A stretch of 64,000 bases of DNA from Clostridiales bacterium (GTDB lineage: Bacteria; Bacillota; Clostridia; Oscillospirales; CAG-272), in assembly GCA_021202555.1 (NCBI GenBank), contig JAJQCT010000038.1, positions 18,383 to 82,382 on the forward strand, read 5' to 3'. The notes under the pieces were generated by a model, which ran no database searches, had not been told where the DNA came from, and saw only the letters and a list, made by a program, of their open reading frames with translations. Of the stretch, positions 10,991 to 20,426 are shown piece after piece; within the stretch, counting starts at the first letter, position 1; every line of letters starts with the position of its first letter. The position numbers and the translations under genes are program-made.

Positions 10991-11595
10991 ATATTGCGCT
11001 TTTTGGCGGTACTTTTTCGCCTCCGCATAACGGTCATATTTCTGCCGTCTGGGCGCTGACTTTCGAATTTTCACCCGATTTGTGCCTTGTCGTTCCCGCT
11101 TATTCAACCCCGCCGAAGGCGAGGGAAGACGGAATTGACCCGAGCCTTCGCCTGCAAATGGCAAAAATCGCGTTTTCTGATATACCGAACGTAATTGTTT
11201 CGGATATCGAAATACGCCGAGGCGGCACAAGCTATACATGCGATACAATAAATGAAATAAAAAAAGAGTATAATGACTGCGAAAATATCATGCTTTTGTG
11301 CGGCGAGGATATGTTTCGCTCGCTGCCGCACTGGTATCACGGCACAGATATACTTAAAACGGCAACTGTGATTTACTCCCCGCGAAAAGGCGGTGACGCA
11401 GCGGGGCTTACCTCGCTTGCCACAGAGTACGCTGATTTATACGGCGCCGACTGCCGTATGCTTGAAACGGAAGCGATTGACATTTCCTCTTCTGAAATCC
11501 GAGCCGCTGCGAGACGCGGGGACGATATTTCACAGTATGTGCCGCCCCGTATTTGTGAATTTATTGAAAAGGAGAAGCTTTACCGTGACAACTGA
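10987..11595 (+). CDS. nadD: nicotinate-nucleotide adenylyltransferase
   Basis: Nucleotidyltransferase motif GGTFSPPHNGH. ATGA overlap with yhbY. 202 aa. Confidence 0.85.
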   Translation: MNIALFGGTFSPPHNGHISAVWALTFEFSPDLCLVVPAYSTPPKAREDGIDPSLRLQMAKIAFSDIPNVIVSDIEIRRGGTSYTCDTINEIKKEYNDCENIMLLCGEDMFRSLPHWYHGTDILKTATVIYSPRKGGDAAGLTSLATEYADLYGADCRMLETEAIDISSSEIRAAARRGDDISQYVPPRICEFIEKEKLYRDN

Positions 11596-12226
11596 AATTA
11601 CCGAAAAAGATATTTTTTTGCTTAAAGAGCGAATAAAACCATGGCTTTCCGACAAAAGATACGCACACGTACTGTCTGTTGAGGAAGAGGCTGCATATTA
11701 CGCTGATATATACCTTTGTGACCGCACTCTGAAGGTGCGGGCGGCTGCCTTGCTTCACGATATTGCAAAGGAAATTAGTTCGGAAAAACAGTTGAAATAC
11801 ATAAAAAAATTTGATATAATAAAATGCGCGCCCGAAAACTTGCCGAAAGCGGTGCTTCACGCGGCTGCCGCGCCGGGCGTAATCGTTTCCGAATTTCCCG
11901 AATTTGCCGACGACGAAATCCTTTCGGCTGTGGCTTGGCATACGACCGGAAGACCCGCGATGACTGTTTTTGACGCTTTGATATTTCTTGCCGACGTAAC
12001 TGAGGCTACAAGAAAGCATGAGGGCTGCAAAAAACTGCGCGAATTTTTCAGAAATAATATAGATGCGTGTAAAACCGATGCCGAAAGAGCTGCGCTTCTT
12101 GAAAAAACAGTCGCAAAATCTCTTGAGGATACGATTAAGCACGTAAAGGGAAAAGGAAACGAGCTTTTCCCGATTACCGCGGAAGCGGAAAAATACTTTT
12201 TGGATGGCGGGCATCTTTCCGAATGA
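11585..12226 (+). CDS. yqeK: HD-domain phosphohydrolase YqeK (bis(5'-nucleosyl)-tetraphosphatase-like)
   Basis: HD motif LLHDIAK and the conserved nadD-yqeK-rsfS neighbourhood. The track ORF from 11393 overlaps nadD, so the GTG at 11585 is the proposed start. Confidence 0.7.
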   Translation: MTTEITEKDIFLLKERIKPWLSDKRYAHVLSVEEEAAYYADIYLCDRTLKVRAAALLHDIAKEISSEKQLKYIKKFDIIKCAPENLPKAVLHAAAAPGVIVSEFPEFADDEILSAVAWHTTGRPAMTVFDALIFLADVTEATRKHEGCKKLREFFRNNIDACKTDAERAALLEKTVAKSLEDTIKHVKGKGNELFPITAEAEKYFLDGGHLSE

Positions 12227-12265
12227 CCCGCGGGGATTTATTTTTGCTTTTATGAAAGGGATAAA

Positions 12266-13450
12266 ATGAAATCATCTGACGGCGGTGTTTCCGCATTTGT
12301 TATCGTAGTCATTGTTCTTTGTGTATTTCTCTTTGTTCTTGTCGCCGCTGCGGGCGGATTCCTTGTATTTTACGAGCCTGACACCTCCGGCAACGCGATT
12401 ACCGCATACAAGTATGTTACCGACGAGGAAGGAAACGTCGTGTATGAGACTGACGAGGAGGGCAACAAGGTTTATGCGGTTGACTCGAGCGGAGACCAGA
12501 CGAGCGGAAAATACAATTTTCTTGTTGTCGGGCACGACAAAATATCGCGCAATACCGATATAATCATGATTGTTTCATACGACACCTACGAAGGCTCCAT
12601 TTCGATAGTTCAGATTCCGCGCGACACATATGTCAACGTCGATTTTATGTCGTCTCATAAAATCAACGCGGCGTATACGAAGTATTACAGCCTTGCAAGA
12701 AGCGCCGGCTCCGAAAATCCCGACTATGACGCGCTCATGAGCCTGTCCGCGCTTGTAACCGAAAACTTCGGCGTTAAGATAAACTACGCCGCTGTATTTG
12801 ATATTGAGGGATTCGCGAACGTCATTGATATTCTCGGAGGCGTATGGATAGACGTCCCCTATGACCTTGATTATGAGGATCCCGGACAGAATCTGTATAT
12901 TCACCTCTCGGCAGGGTATCAGCTTCTCGACGGCGACCAGGCAATGCAGTTTGTGCGGTACAGAAAGGGGTACGCGGAGCAGGATCTCGGGCGTCAGGAC
13001 GCGATGAAGATATTCATTTCCGCGCTGCTCTCGCAGCTCAAGGCGAATATGAGCGTTTCAACGGTGTCGGAAATTGCCTCTGAGCTGCTTGACAACATGA
13101 TTTCAAATATCGGGCTTGCGGACTTTATTTATTTTGCGAAGTCGGCGCTTTCGGTCGATCTTTCAAAGGTTTATCTTATGACGCTGCCCGGGGTGAGCAT
13201 GACGGTGAACGGCGCGTCCGTTTACGTGCTTTACAAGGCGGACGTTGCGGAAATTATATCAAATTACCTGAATGTTTACGTCGATGATTTCGATACGGAT
13301 GATTTTGACCCCTACGGGATATTCACATCCGACAGCTCGAGCGTTTCAGAGGTATACAACAGTCCGCTCGGGACGGGAGAATATATCGTCTATAACGCAG
13401 CGGACGTGAACGAAAATTCGATAGACATTCCGACGGGAAGTCTTTACTAA
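12266..13450 (+). CDS. LytR-CpsA-Psr (LCP) family cell-envelope phosphotransferase
   Basis: N-terminal TM helix followed by the LCP block FLVVGHDKISRNTDIIMIVSYD...VQIPRDTYV and YVRYRKG. Confidence 0.8.
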   Translation: MKSSDGGVSAFVIVVIVLCVFLFVLVAAAGGFLVFYEPDTSGNAITAYKYVTDEEGNVVYETDEEGNKVYAVDSSGDQTSGKYNFLVVGHDKISRNTDIIMIVSYDTYEGSISIVQIPRDTYVNVDFMSSHKINAAYTKYYSLARSAGSENPDYDALMSLSALVTENFGVKINYAAVFDIEGFANVIDILGGVWIDVPYDLDYEDPGQNLYIHLSAGYQLLDGDQAMQFVRYRKGYAEQDLGRQDAMKIFISALLSQLKANMSVSTVSEIASELLDNMISNIGLADFIYFAKSALSVDLSKVYLMTLPGVSMTVNGASVYVLYKADVAEIISNYLNVYVDDFDTDDFDPYGIFTSDSSSVSEVYNSPLGTGEYIVYNAADVNENSIDIPTGSLY

Positions 13451-13476
13451 ACAGAAAACAGAAAAGGAGATTTGAA

Positions 13477-13878
13477 ATGGAAGAAGAAATCAACGAGAGC
13501 GGCAAAATTTACGCCGTTTCCTCTCCGAAGGAGCTTGCGCTTTCGATTGCCGAAATACTCGACCGCAAGCTGGCGGAGGATATAAAGGTGCTTCACGTTA
13601 CGGAAAAGACGATAATTGCCGACTATTTCGTCATCGCTACGGGCAGAAGCTCCACGCAGATTCGCGCGCTTGAGGGCGATGTTGAATTTGAAATTGAAAA
13701 AAGCGGGCTGAAGGTCGGTCACATCGAGGGATATTCCGAGGCGAACTGGATATGTATGGATTATCATTCCGTTATAGTACACATATTCAATAAGGAAAAC
13801 CGCGATTTATACCGTATTGAAAAGCTTTGGGACGACGCCGAGGAAATTGACATCTCGGATGTCCTGACGGAAAGATAA
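13477..13878 (+). CDS. rsfS: ribosome silencing factor RsfS (iojap)
   Basis: 133 aa, with DYFVIATGRSSTQIRAL and WICMDYHSVIVHIF blocks typical of RsfS. Confidence 0.85.
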   Translation: MEEEINESGKIYAVSSPKELALSIAEILDRKLAEDIKVLHVTEKTIIADYFVIATGRSSTQIRALEGDVEFEIEKSGLKVGHIEGYSEANWICMDYHSVIVHIFNKENRDLYRIEKLWDDAEEIDISDVLTER

Positions 13879-13905
13879 TTTTTAAGGTTACAGTGGGGTG
13901 AGATT

Positions 13906-16308
13906 ATGAAATATGATTTTTCGGTGTGCGACAAGAAGTGGCAGGACAGGTGGGAGGAGGCTCACGCCTTTGAGGCGAAGGACGACTACTCTCTTCCGAA
14001 GTTTTACGGGCTGATAGAGTTTCCTTATCCTTCAGGCGCGGGGCTTCACGTCGGTCATATCAAGGCGTTTATAAGCATGGAGGTTGTTTCGCGCAAGCGC
14101 AGAATGCAGGGGTATAACGTGCTTTTCCCGATAGGCTTTGATGCATTCGGGCTTAATACCGAAAACTACGCCATTAAGACGAATACTCACCCGCGGATTG
14201 TCACCGACAAAAACATAGAAAATTTTACGCGGCAGCTTAAATCCGTCGGCTACAGCTTCGACTGGTCGCGCGTCGTCGATACGACTGACGAGGATTATTA
14301 CAGGTGGACGCAGTGGATTTTCCTGAAGCTTTTTGAAAACGGGCTTGTATTCCGCGATAAGACGCTCGTAAATTACTGCCCTTCGTGCAAGGTTGTACTT
14401 TCAAACGAGGATTCGCAGGGAGGGAAGTGCGACGTCTGTCATTCGGACGTTATACAAAAATCGAAGGAGGTCTGGTATCTCCGCATTACGGAGTACGCGG
14501 ACAAGCTGCTTGAGGGACTTGATATGGTGGATTATCCCCCGAATATCAAGCAGCAGCAGGTCAACTGGATTGGAAAATCGAGAGGTGCGTTTGTCAACTT
14601 TACAATTTCAGGCACTGACGACAAGCTAAAAATTTACACGACACGCCCCGATACGCTTTTCGGCGTTACGTTCATGGTAATAGCGCCCGAGCATCCGCTC
14701 ATCGAAAAATATGCTGACAAAATCACGAACAGGGACGAGGTGAATGCGTATAAGAGCGAATGCGCAAACAAGACGGAATTTGAGCGCACACAGCTTGTCA
14801 AGGGAAAAACGGGAGTTAAGCTTGAGGGCATTTCCGCGACAAATCCGATAACGAAGAAGGATATTCCGATTTATATCGCCGACTACGTAATGATGGGGTA
14901 CGGTACCGGCGCAATTATGGCTGTTCCTGCGCACGATGAGCGCGACTGGGAGTTTGCAAAGCTTCACGGGATTGACATCATCGAGGTCATAAAGGGCGGC
15001 GATATATCCTCCGGCGCTTACACTGGCGACGGCGAGATGGTTAATTCGGGATTTCTCAACGGATACACGAACAAAAAGGATTCAATCGACCGCATGATAC
15101 GCGAGCTTGAGGCGCTCGGCGTCGGTGAGGCGGGCGTTCAGTACAAGATGAAGGACTGGGCGTTCAACCGTCAGCGTTACTGGGGCGAGCCTATTCCGAT
15201 TGTGCATTGCCCCGACTGCGGAATGGTTCCCGTGCCATATGAGGAGCTGCCGCTGAGACTTCCCGACGTTGAAAATTTCGAGCCGGGCGAGGGCGGGGAA
15301 AGTCCGCTTGCGAAAATTCCCGAATTTGTAAACTGCAAATGCCCGAAGTGCGGCAAGGACGCGAAACGCGAGACGGACACGATGCCGCAGTGGGCGGGTT
15401 CATCGTGGTATTTCCTGCGTTACTGTGATCCGCACAATAGTGACGCGTTCGCGGGGCGCGAGGCGCTCGATTATTGGATGCCCGTCGATTGGTACAACGG
15501 CGGTATGGAGCACGTTACGCGCCATATGATTTATTCGCGCTTCTGGCACCGCTTCCTTTACGACATTGGTGAGGTTTCATGCCCCGAGCCTTACAAAAAG
15601 CGTTCGGCTGTCGGACTTGTTCTTGGTGCCGACGGGCAGAAAATGTCAAAATCAAGCGGGAATGTCGTAGACCCGCTCGACGTTGTTGAGCAGTACGGCG
15701 CTGATACGCTTCGCACATATGTTTCGTTCATGGGTGATTACGGCGCAGCGTCGCCATGGTCGGAGACGGGAATCAAGGGAGTCAAGCGCTTTCTCGAGCG
15801 CGTCGCCGCCATGACGGATATGGTGCGCGGAAGAGGAACGACGCCCGCGCTTGAGACGGCGTTCCACAAGACGATAAAGAAGGTGACGAACGATATTGAA
15901 GAGCTGAAGCTCAATACCGCGATAGCGTCGATGATGTCGCTTCTTAATCTGATTTATGACACGGGAAGCCTTACGAAGGACGAGCTTATAACATTTTTGA
16001 AGCTGCTCTCGCCGTTCGCGCCGCATATTGCGGAGGAGATTAACGAATATCTCGGAGAGCATGAGCTTATCACGCTTTCGGAGTGGCCTTCATACGATGA
16101 GAGCAAAACCATCGATGATGTAATTGAGATTGCGCTTCAGGTGAACGGCAAGCTTCGCGGCACGATGAAAATCGAGGCGGAAGCGCAGCGCGATGCAGTT
16201 ATCGAGGCGGCGCGCAGCTCGCCGAGAATAGCGGAGCTTATCGCAGGGAAGAACGTCGTCAAGGAAATCTACGTTCCCGGGAAAATTGTCAATATTGTCG
16301 TGAAATAA
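13906..16308 (+). CDS. leuS: leucine--tRNA ligase
   Basis: Class I motifs HVGH (PSGAGLHVGH) and KMSKS, plus an editing domain. 800 aa. Confidence 0.95.
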   Translation: MKYDFSVCDKKWQDRWEEAHAFEAKDDYSLPKFYGLIEFPYPSGAGLHVGHIKAFISMEVVSRKRRMQGYNVLFPIGFDAFGLNTENYAIKTNTHPRIVTDKNIENFTRQLKSVGYSFDWSRVVDTTDEDYYRWTQWIFLKLFENGLVFRDKTLVNYCPSCKVVLSNEDSQGGKCDVCHSDVIQKSKEVWYLRITEYADKLLEGLDMVDYPPNIKQQQVNWIGKSRGAFVNFTISGTDDKLKIYTTRPDTLFGVTFMVIAPEHPLIEKYADKITNRDEVNAYKSECANKTEFERTQLVKGKTGVKLEGISATNPITKKDIPIYIADYVMMGYGTGAIMAVPAHDERDWEFAKLHGIDIIEVIKGGDISSGAYTGDGEMVNSGFLNGYTNKKDSIDRMIRELEALGVGEAGVQYKMKDWAFNRQRYWGEPIPIVHCPDCGMVPVPYEELPLRLPDVENFEPGEGGESPLAKIPEFVNCKCPKCGKDAKRETDTMPQWAGSSWYFLRYCDPHNSDAFAGREALDYWMPVDWYNGGMEHVTRHMIYSRFWHRFLYDIGEVSCPEPYKKRSAVGLVLGADGQKMSKSSGNVVDPLDVVEQYGADTLRTYVSFMGDYGAASPWSETGIKGVKRFLERVAAMTDMVRGRGTTPALETAFHKTIKKVTNDIEELKLNTAIASMMSLLNLIYDTGSLTKDELITFLKLLSPFAPHIAEEINEYLGEHELITLSEWPSYDESKTIDDVIEIALQVNGKLRGTMKIEAEAQRDAVIEAARSSPRIAELIAGKNVVKEIYVPGKIVNIVVK

Positions 16309-16332
16309 AGCGTACTGCGAGAAAATCAAAAT

Positions 16333-16366
16333 AAAAAAGGCTGAAGGGGTGCTTTCAGCCTTTTTT
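16333..16366. terminator. bidirectional terminator between leuS and the LOG gene
   Basis: AAAAAAGGCTGAA / TTCAGCCTTTTTT stem flanked by an A-run and a T-run. Confidence 0.8.
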
Positions 16367-16386
16367 GTTGGATTGCTCTGTCTTTC

Positions 16387-16926
16387 TCACCCGCGCTCTA
16401 AATAATTCATCATGTCGTCGGCGTTATCGAAAAAAGCGCATAGCTCGAGATTATGCTCCGGCATGAATCCGCGGTCGGCGGTAACGGTGAGAAGCTTATA
16501 CAGCTCATCATAGCAGCCGTCAACATTAAATACCGCAATCGGTTTTTTTATCTCTCCGACCTGGCTAAGCACGAATACCTCGAAAAATTCCTGGTATGTA
16601 CCGACCCCGCCAGGCAGCACGGCAAATGCGTCGGAGTGCTCGATTAAAAGCGATATGCGCTCGCGCATGGTGTCGGTGAATATAAATTCGTCGCACTCTT
16701 TGAAAAGTATGCCCTCTGTGTCAAAATAGCGCGGAGCGATTCCGAGCGCGTGTCCGTTCGGATTTGATTTCACGCCGCGGACAGCGGCTCCCATAACGCC
16801 CGTGGCGCCGCCGCCGAAAACGAGCGAGTGACCGCGCGACGCGATTGTCTTTCCGAATTTGTGCGCCTTGTCAAGATATTCCTTTGATATTGCGTCGCTT
16901 GACGCACCGAATACGCATATGTTCAT
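16387..16926 (-). CDS. LOG family (TIGR00730) nucleotide hydrolase
   Basis: GGGATGVMG and PGGVGTYQEF motifs characteristic of LOG / lysine-decarboxylase-like proteins. Confidence 0.8.
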   Translation of the reverse strand: MNICVFGASSDAISKEYLDKAHKFGKTIASRGHSLVFGGGATGVMGAAVRGVKSNPNGHALGIAPRYFDTEGILFKECDEFIFTDTMRERISLLIEHSDAFAVLPGGVGTYQEFFEVFVLSQVGEIKKPIAVFNVDGCYDELYKLLTVTADRGFMPEHNLELCAFFDNADDMMNYLERG

Positions 16927-16952
16927 AATAGCCTCCTTTTTATGCTGTTTGT

Positions 16953-18041
16953 TTAATCGAGATAGATGAGCGCGAATATTGTTTTTGCTATAAGCTCGTG
17001 TCCCTTTGCGGTCGGATGAGGGTCAAACGAAAGAAGAGACGTTCCCTCGGCATCCGCAAATACGACGTCGATTTCGTTTGCAAACGCCGCGTTGATGTCG
17101 GCAATCTCATAGCCGTATACGCCCCAGTTTCCTTCGATTATGTCGTTGATTTTCGATATATATACGTCCGCAAGCACCGAAAGAGACACCTCGCCGTTCC
17201 CCGTATCAATCGCAAGGTCAAAATTGCGGAAGGGATTATACACAGTTTGGAATATTATTTCCGCCATGGGCGCGCTTTTGTATATATTTTCGATTATTTC
17301 GGGAAGATCCGCTTCAAACGCTGTGACACCGGCGTCAAGCTCCGATATGAAATCCGTGTAAAGGGAGGCAAGCGCGGCATTTCTCGTTGTGTCGTCCTCA
17401 ATGAGGCTTGCGGCGACGTAATTTATGAAAAACGAGGTCGCGGGGCTTAAAATGTTGTTCGCACCGATGCTGACGGTGACAACATCCGCGTCGGACAGCT
17501 CTGTGATTTCGCCGTTTTTGAGTGTTTCGAGAAGCTCCGAGGATGTCTGACCGTTTACGCCGTAATTGTATTCGTCGCATTCGTAATATTCGTAAGCGTC
17601 GATATAAGAGGCGACGAGCACCGAATACCGCTCCGTTTCGGGGGAGTCAAGCCCGTAGCCGTAGCAGATTGAGTCGCCGAGCGCGACGTATTTTATCGTA
17701 TAGACAGTCATCTCGGAGCCGTCGTCCGAATCGGCAGCCGTTGTGTTGTCGGCTGCCGTATTCGTCGTAACGCTCCCGTCGTCATACGGGTCGCTGTACG
17801 ATTTTGACGAGGTTGTGTCCTCATTTTCTGTTGCCATTACGGACTCGTATGGTTCATCCGTTATGGCGTTCGTCTCGTTATTGTCCGTCGTCACGTCAGT
17901 TTCCGTGACGTCGTCATTTCCGCTCACAGATTCATTCGAGCTGTCATCCGAATCGCCGCCGTTTCCGCTGCATGACACCGCGAAAAGGCACATCGCGGCG
18001 AGAGCTGCCGCAAAAAGAACAGAGAGAATTTTTCTTTTCAT
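16953..18041 (-). CDS. SGNH/GDSL hydrolase lipoprotein
   Basis: Signal peptide with lipobox AVSC, GDS block YVALGDSICYGYG, a GxND-like block IGANN and a C-terminal DPHP(T). The start is either 18041 (MKRKIL) or 18056. Confidence 0.7.
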   Translation of the reverse strand: MKRKILSVLFAAALAAMCLFAVSCSGNGGDSDDSSNESVSGNDDVTETDVTTDNNETNAITDEPYESVMATENEDTTSSKSYSDPYDDGSVTTNTAADNTTAADSDDGSEMTVYTIKYVALGDSICYGYGLDSPETERYSVLVASYIDAYEYYECDEYNYGVNGQTSSELLETLKNGEITELSDADVVTVSIGANNILSPATSFFINYVAASLIEDDTTRNAALASLYTDFISELDAGVTAFEADLPEIIENIYKSAPMAEIIFQTVYNPFRNFDLAIDTGNGEVSLSVLADVYISKINDIIEGNWGVYGYEIADINAAFANEIDVVFADAEGTSLLSFDPHPTAKGHELIAKTIFALIYLD

Positions 18042-18045
18042 GATT

Positions 18046-18957
18046 TTATTCCTCATCGAATTTTATTGTTTCCGCAATTCCGTCATAACCGCAGACGGTT
18101 GGCGGGAAGATTGACCTTGCCTCGGAGAGGTAATGCATGGGGTCGGGCATCGAGGGGCTGTAATGCGTGAGCCAGAAGCGGCGCGGATTCGCGCGCGCAG
18201 CAAGCTCCGCCGCCTCGGAGAATGTCATGTGCTTTGATTTGATGGCACGTGACATTTTTTCGTCGTCGCCGTACATTCCCTCGCAGATGAAAATGTCGGC
18301 GTCGTTTGCCATTTCCGCGATTATCGGCACGGGGCGTGTGTCCGTACAGTATACCGCCGTGATTCCGCGCCTCGGCGCGCCCATGACAAGGCTTTGCGTG
18401 TAGCTTACCCCGTCAAGCTCCGCCGAGCCTGTTTTCTGAAGCTTGCTCCAGACGGCGAGCGGAACACCGTTTGCACGGGCGAGCTCGGGGTCAAATCTGC
18501 CCGCGCGCGGAATGTGAATTTTATAGCCGTAGCACGCGACCGTGTGGTTCACGCGGAACGCGGTTATTTCAAAACCGTCGATTTTTACCGTATCCGTTTT
18601 GCCGAATATGGGGTGATATTTTATCTCGAAGGGAAGCTCGGGCGCGATAATCAAAAGGGATTTCACGTATTTTTCAATATACGAGGGACCTATTATCGTG
18701 ACGGGTTCGGTGCGACCCTCTCCGCCGAGCGAGAGCAGAAGACCCGGAAGTCCTCCTATATGGTCGGCGTGAAAATGCGTTATGCAGATGATTCCTATCG
18801 GTTTGAAGGGGAGCGACGCTTTTTTCATCGCAATCTGCGTTCCCTCTCCGCAGTCTATAAGGACGCATTTTCCCTCGTATCTCATGTGACACGAGGTCAG
18901 CCATCTGTTTTTTAGCGGAATCGTACCGCCGCAGCCCGAAAGTGTGATATCGAACAT
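18046..18957 (-). CDS. rnz: ribonuclease Z / MBL-fold hydrolase
   Basis: Metallo-beta-lactamase motif THFHADHIGG. The N-terminus MFDITLSGCGG at 18957 is preferred over the track start at 19026. Confidence 0.75.
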   Translation of the reverse strand: MFDITLSGCGGTIPLKNRWLTSCHMRYEGKCVLIDCGEGTQIAMKKASLPFKPIGIICITHFHADHIGGLPGLLLSLGGEGRTEPVTIIGPSYIEKYVKSLLIIAPELPFEIKYHPIFGKTDTVKIDGFEITAFRVNHTVACYGYKIHIPRAGRFDPELARANGVPLAVWSKLQKTGSAELDGVSYTQSLVMGAPRRGITAVYCTDTRPVPIIAEMANDADIFICEGMYGDDEKMSRAIKSKHMTFSEAAELAARANPRRFWLTHYSPSMPDPMHYLSEARSIFPPTVCGYDGIAETIKFDEE

Positions 18958-19114
18958 TGAATTTTCCTGCCGCTTCGCCGTTTCTTTTTTGCGCGGAGAA
19001 TGCTCCGCGCGTATAAATAATATCACATCGCAACGATTTTATCAAGCACATATTATGTACAAAAACGAATTTTTTATTCGTCGGCGGATTTCGCGAAAAT
19101 TTTCCGATTGCGTA

Positions 19115-19143
19115 TTGACAACAGTTTTCGGATATAGTATAAT
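19115..19143 (+). promoter_or_regulatory. sigma-A type promoter of the ECF S-component operon
   Basis: TTGACA (19115-19120), a 17-nt spacer, TATAAT (19138-19143). GGAGG lies upstream of the GTG start at 19186. Confidence 0.65.
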
Positions 19144-19185
19144 GCATATGTAAAAAAGAGAACGGAGCATTCGGAGGTTATTATT

Positions 19186-19758
19186 GTGAATGTACGAAAA
19201 GAGGTAAGGAATCTTACGCTTTCGGCTATGTTTCTGGCGATTGGGCTGCTTTTGCCGCTTCTGACAGGGCAGATTCAGACGATAGGAAATATGCTGTGTC
19301 CCATGCATATTCCCGTGCTTCTCTGCGGGCTTATATGCGGCTGGCAGTACGGACTTGGCGTCGGCGCGGTGCTGCCGCTTCTTCGCTGTCTGCTTTTCGG
19401 AATGCCGCCCCTTTACCCCACGGCAATTGCCATGACGTTTGAACTTGCGACATACGGATTTCTTATAGGCTTTCTTTATGAAAATTCGCGCTGGCAGTGT
19501 ATCGTCGCGCTTTACCGCTGCATGATAATTTCAATGGTTGTGGGCAGGATTGTCTCGGGCATCGCGAACTTTATTCTTCTGACGATAAACGGCACCGGCT
19601 ACACCATGACGGCGTTTGTGACGGCGAATTTCATCAATTCGATTCCCGGAATCATCCTTCAGCTTGTCTTAATTCCCGCGCTTATGCTCGCGCTTGACCG
19701 CACGGGGCTTTATAGGTTCAAGAAAAAAACGCCGCCCGAGGCGGAAATCAAAGCCTGA
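19186..19758 (+). CDS. ECF transporter S component (substrate unknown)
   Basis: 190-aa polytopic membrane protein of about six helices with an N-terminal pattern typical of ECF S components. GTG start. Confidence 0.6.
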   Translation: MNVRKEVRNLTLSAMFLAIGLLLPLLTGQIQTIGNMLCPMHIPVLLCGLICGWQYGLGVGAVLPLLRCLLFGMPPLYPTAIAMTFELATYGFLIGFLYENSRWQCIVALYRCMIISMVVGRIVSGIANFILLTINGTGYTMTAFVTANFINSIPGIILQLVLIPALMLALDRTGLYRFKKKTPPEAEIKA

Positions 19759-19767
19759 TACCGACCT

Positions 19768-20352
19768 ATGGAAAGCATTTTCAGAATATTTCTTCTCCGA
19801 AGGATAATAAAAGAAATTTACTCGCTTGAATCGACGGTTCAGCCCGTGATTATCGCGATTGACGGGCGCTCGGCGTCGGGCAAGACGACTCTTGCCGCTC
19901 GAATACAAAAGGAAATCAAATGCGGCGTCATTCACATGGACGACTTTTTCCTGCGCCCAGAGCAGCGCACCGAGAAGCGATATGAGGAGGCGGGAGGAAA
20001 TGTCGATTACGAGAGATTTCTCGACGAGGTGATGATTCCGCTTCGCGGAAACAGAAAATTCGCGTACAGACCGTTTGACTGCTCGACTATGACGTTTTCC
20101 CCACCCATTGAGGTGACGCCCGGAACGGTTACGATAATCGAGGGCGCATACAGCTGCCATCCCGTACTGTGGAATTATTACGACCTGCGCGTTTTCATGA
20201 GCGTAAACCCCGACACACAGAAAAGGCTTATACGTCAGCGAAACGGCGACGGCGGCTATATCGCATTTGAGGAAAAGTGGATTCCCATGGAGGAGAGATA
20301 TTTCGCGGCGTATCATCTGCCCGAAAGATGCGATCTGGCGTTTCATGATTAA
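19768..20352 (+). CDS. uridine kinase-family P-loop nucleoside/vitamin kinase
   Basis: Walker A IDGRSASGKTT, a HMDDFF block and a IIEGAY block. 194 aa. Confidence 0.6.
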   Translation: MESIFRIFLLRRIIKEIYSLESTVQPVIIAIDGRSASGKTTLAARIQKEIKCGVIHMDDFFLRPEQRTEKRYEEAGGNVDYERFLDEVMIPLRGNRKFAYRPFDCSTMTFSPPIEVTPGTVTIIEGAYSCHPVLWNYYDLRVFMSVNPDTQKRLIRQRNGDGGYIAFEEKWIPMEERYFAAYHLPERCDLAFHD

Positions 20353-20355
20353 AAT

Positions 20356-20409
20356 AAAAGACCCTTGGCACCGGCAGATGCCACCGGCAAATGCCATGGG
20401 TCTTTTTTT
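20356..20409. terminator. bidirectional terminator (kinase gene / MATE gene)
   Basis: AAAGACCCTTGGCA ... TGCCATGGGTCTTTTTTT hairpin between convergent genes. Confidence 0.7.
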
Positions 20410-20426
20410 CATAAGCCTGTGCGGTT

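Noticed and set aside
10986-11000. TGAATATTGCGCT at the nadD start matches part of hairpin 1 of the repeat element
   Set aside because: It is a 13-nt coincidence inside a coding start (MNIALFGG). There is no second arm and none of the element's flanks.
13879-13905. Looked for a T-box leader upstream of leuS, and for riboswitches upstream of the ECF S-component gene (19144-19185)
   Set aside because: The gaps are only 27 nt and about 40 nt, far too short for either element. leuS is evidently co-transcribed with rsfS.
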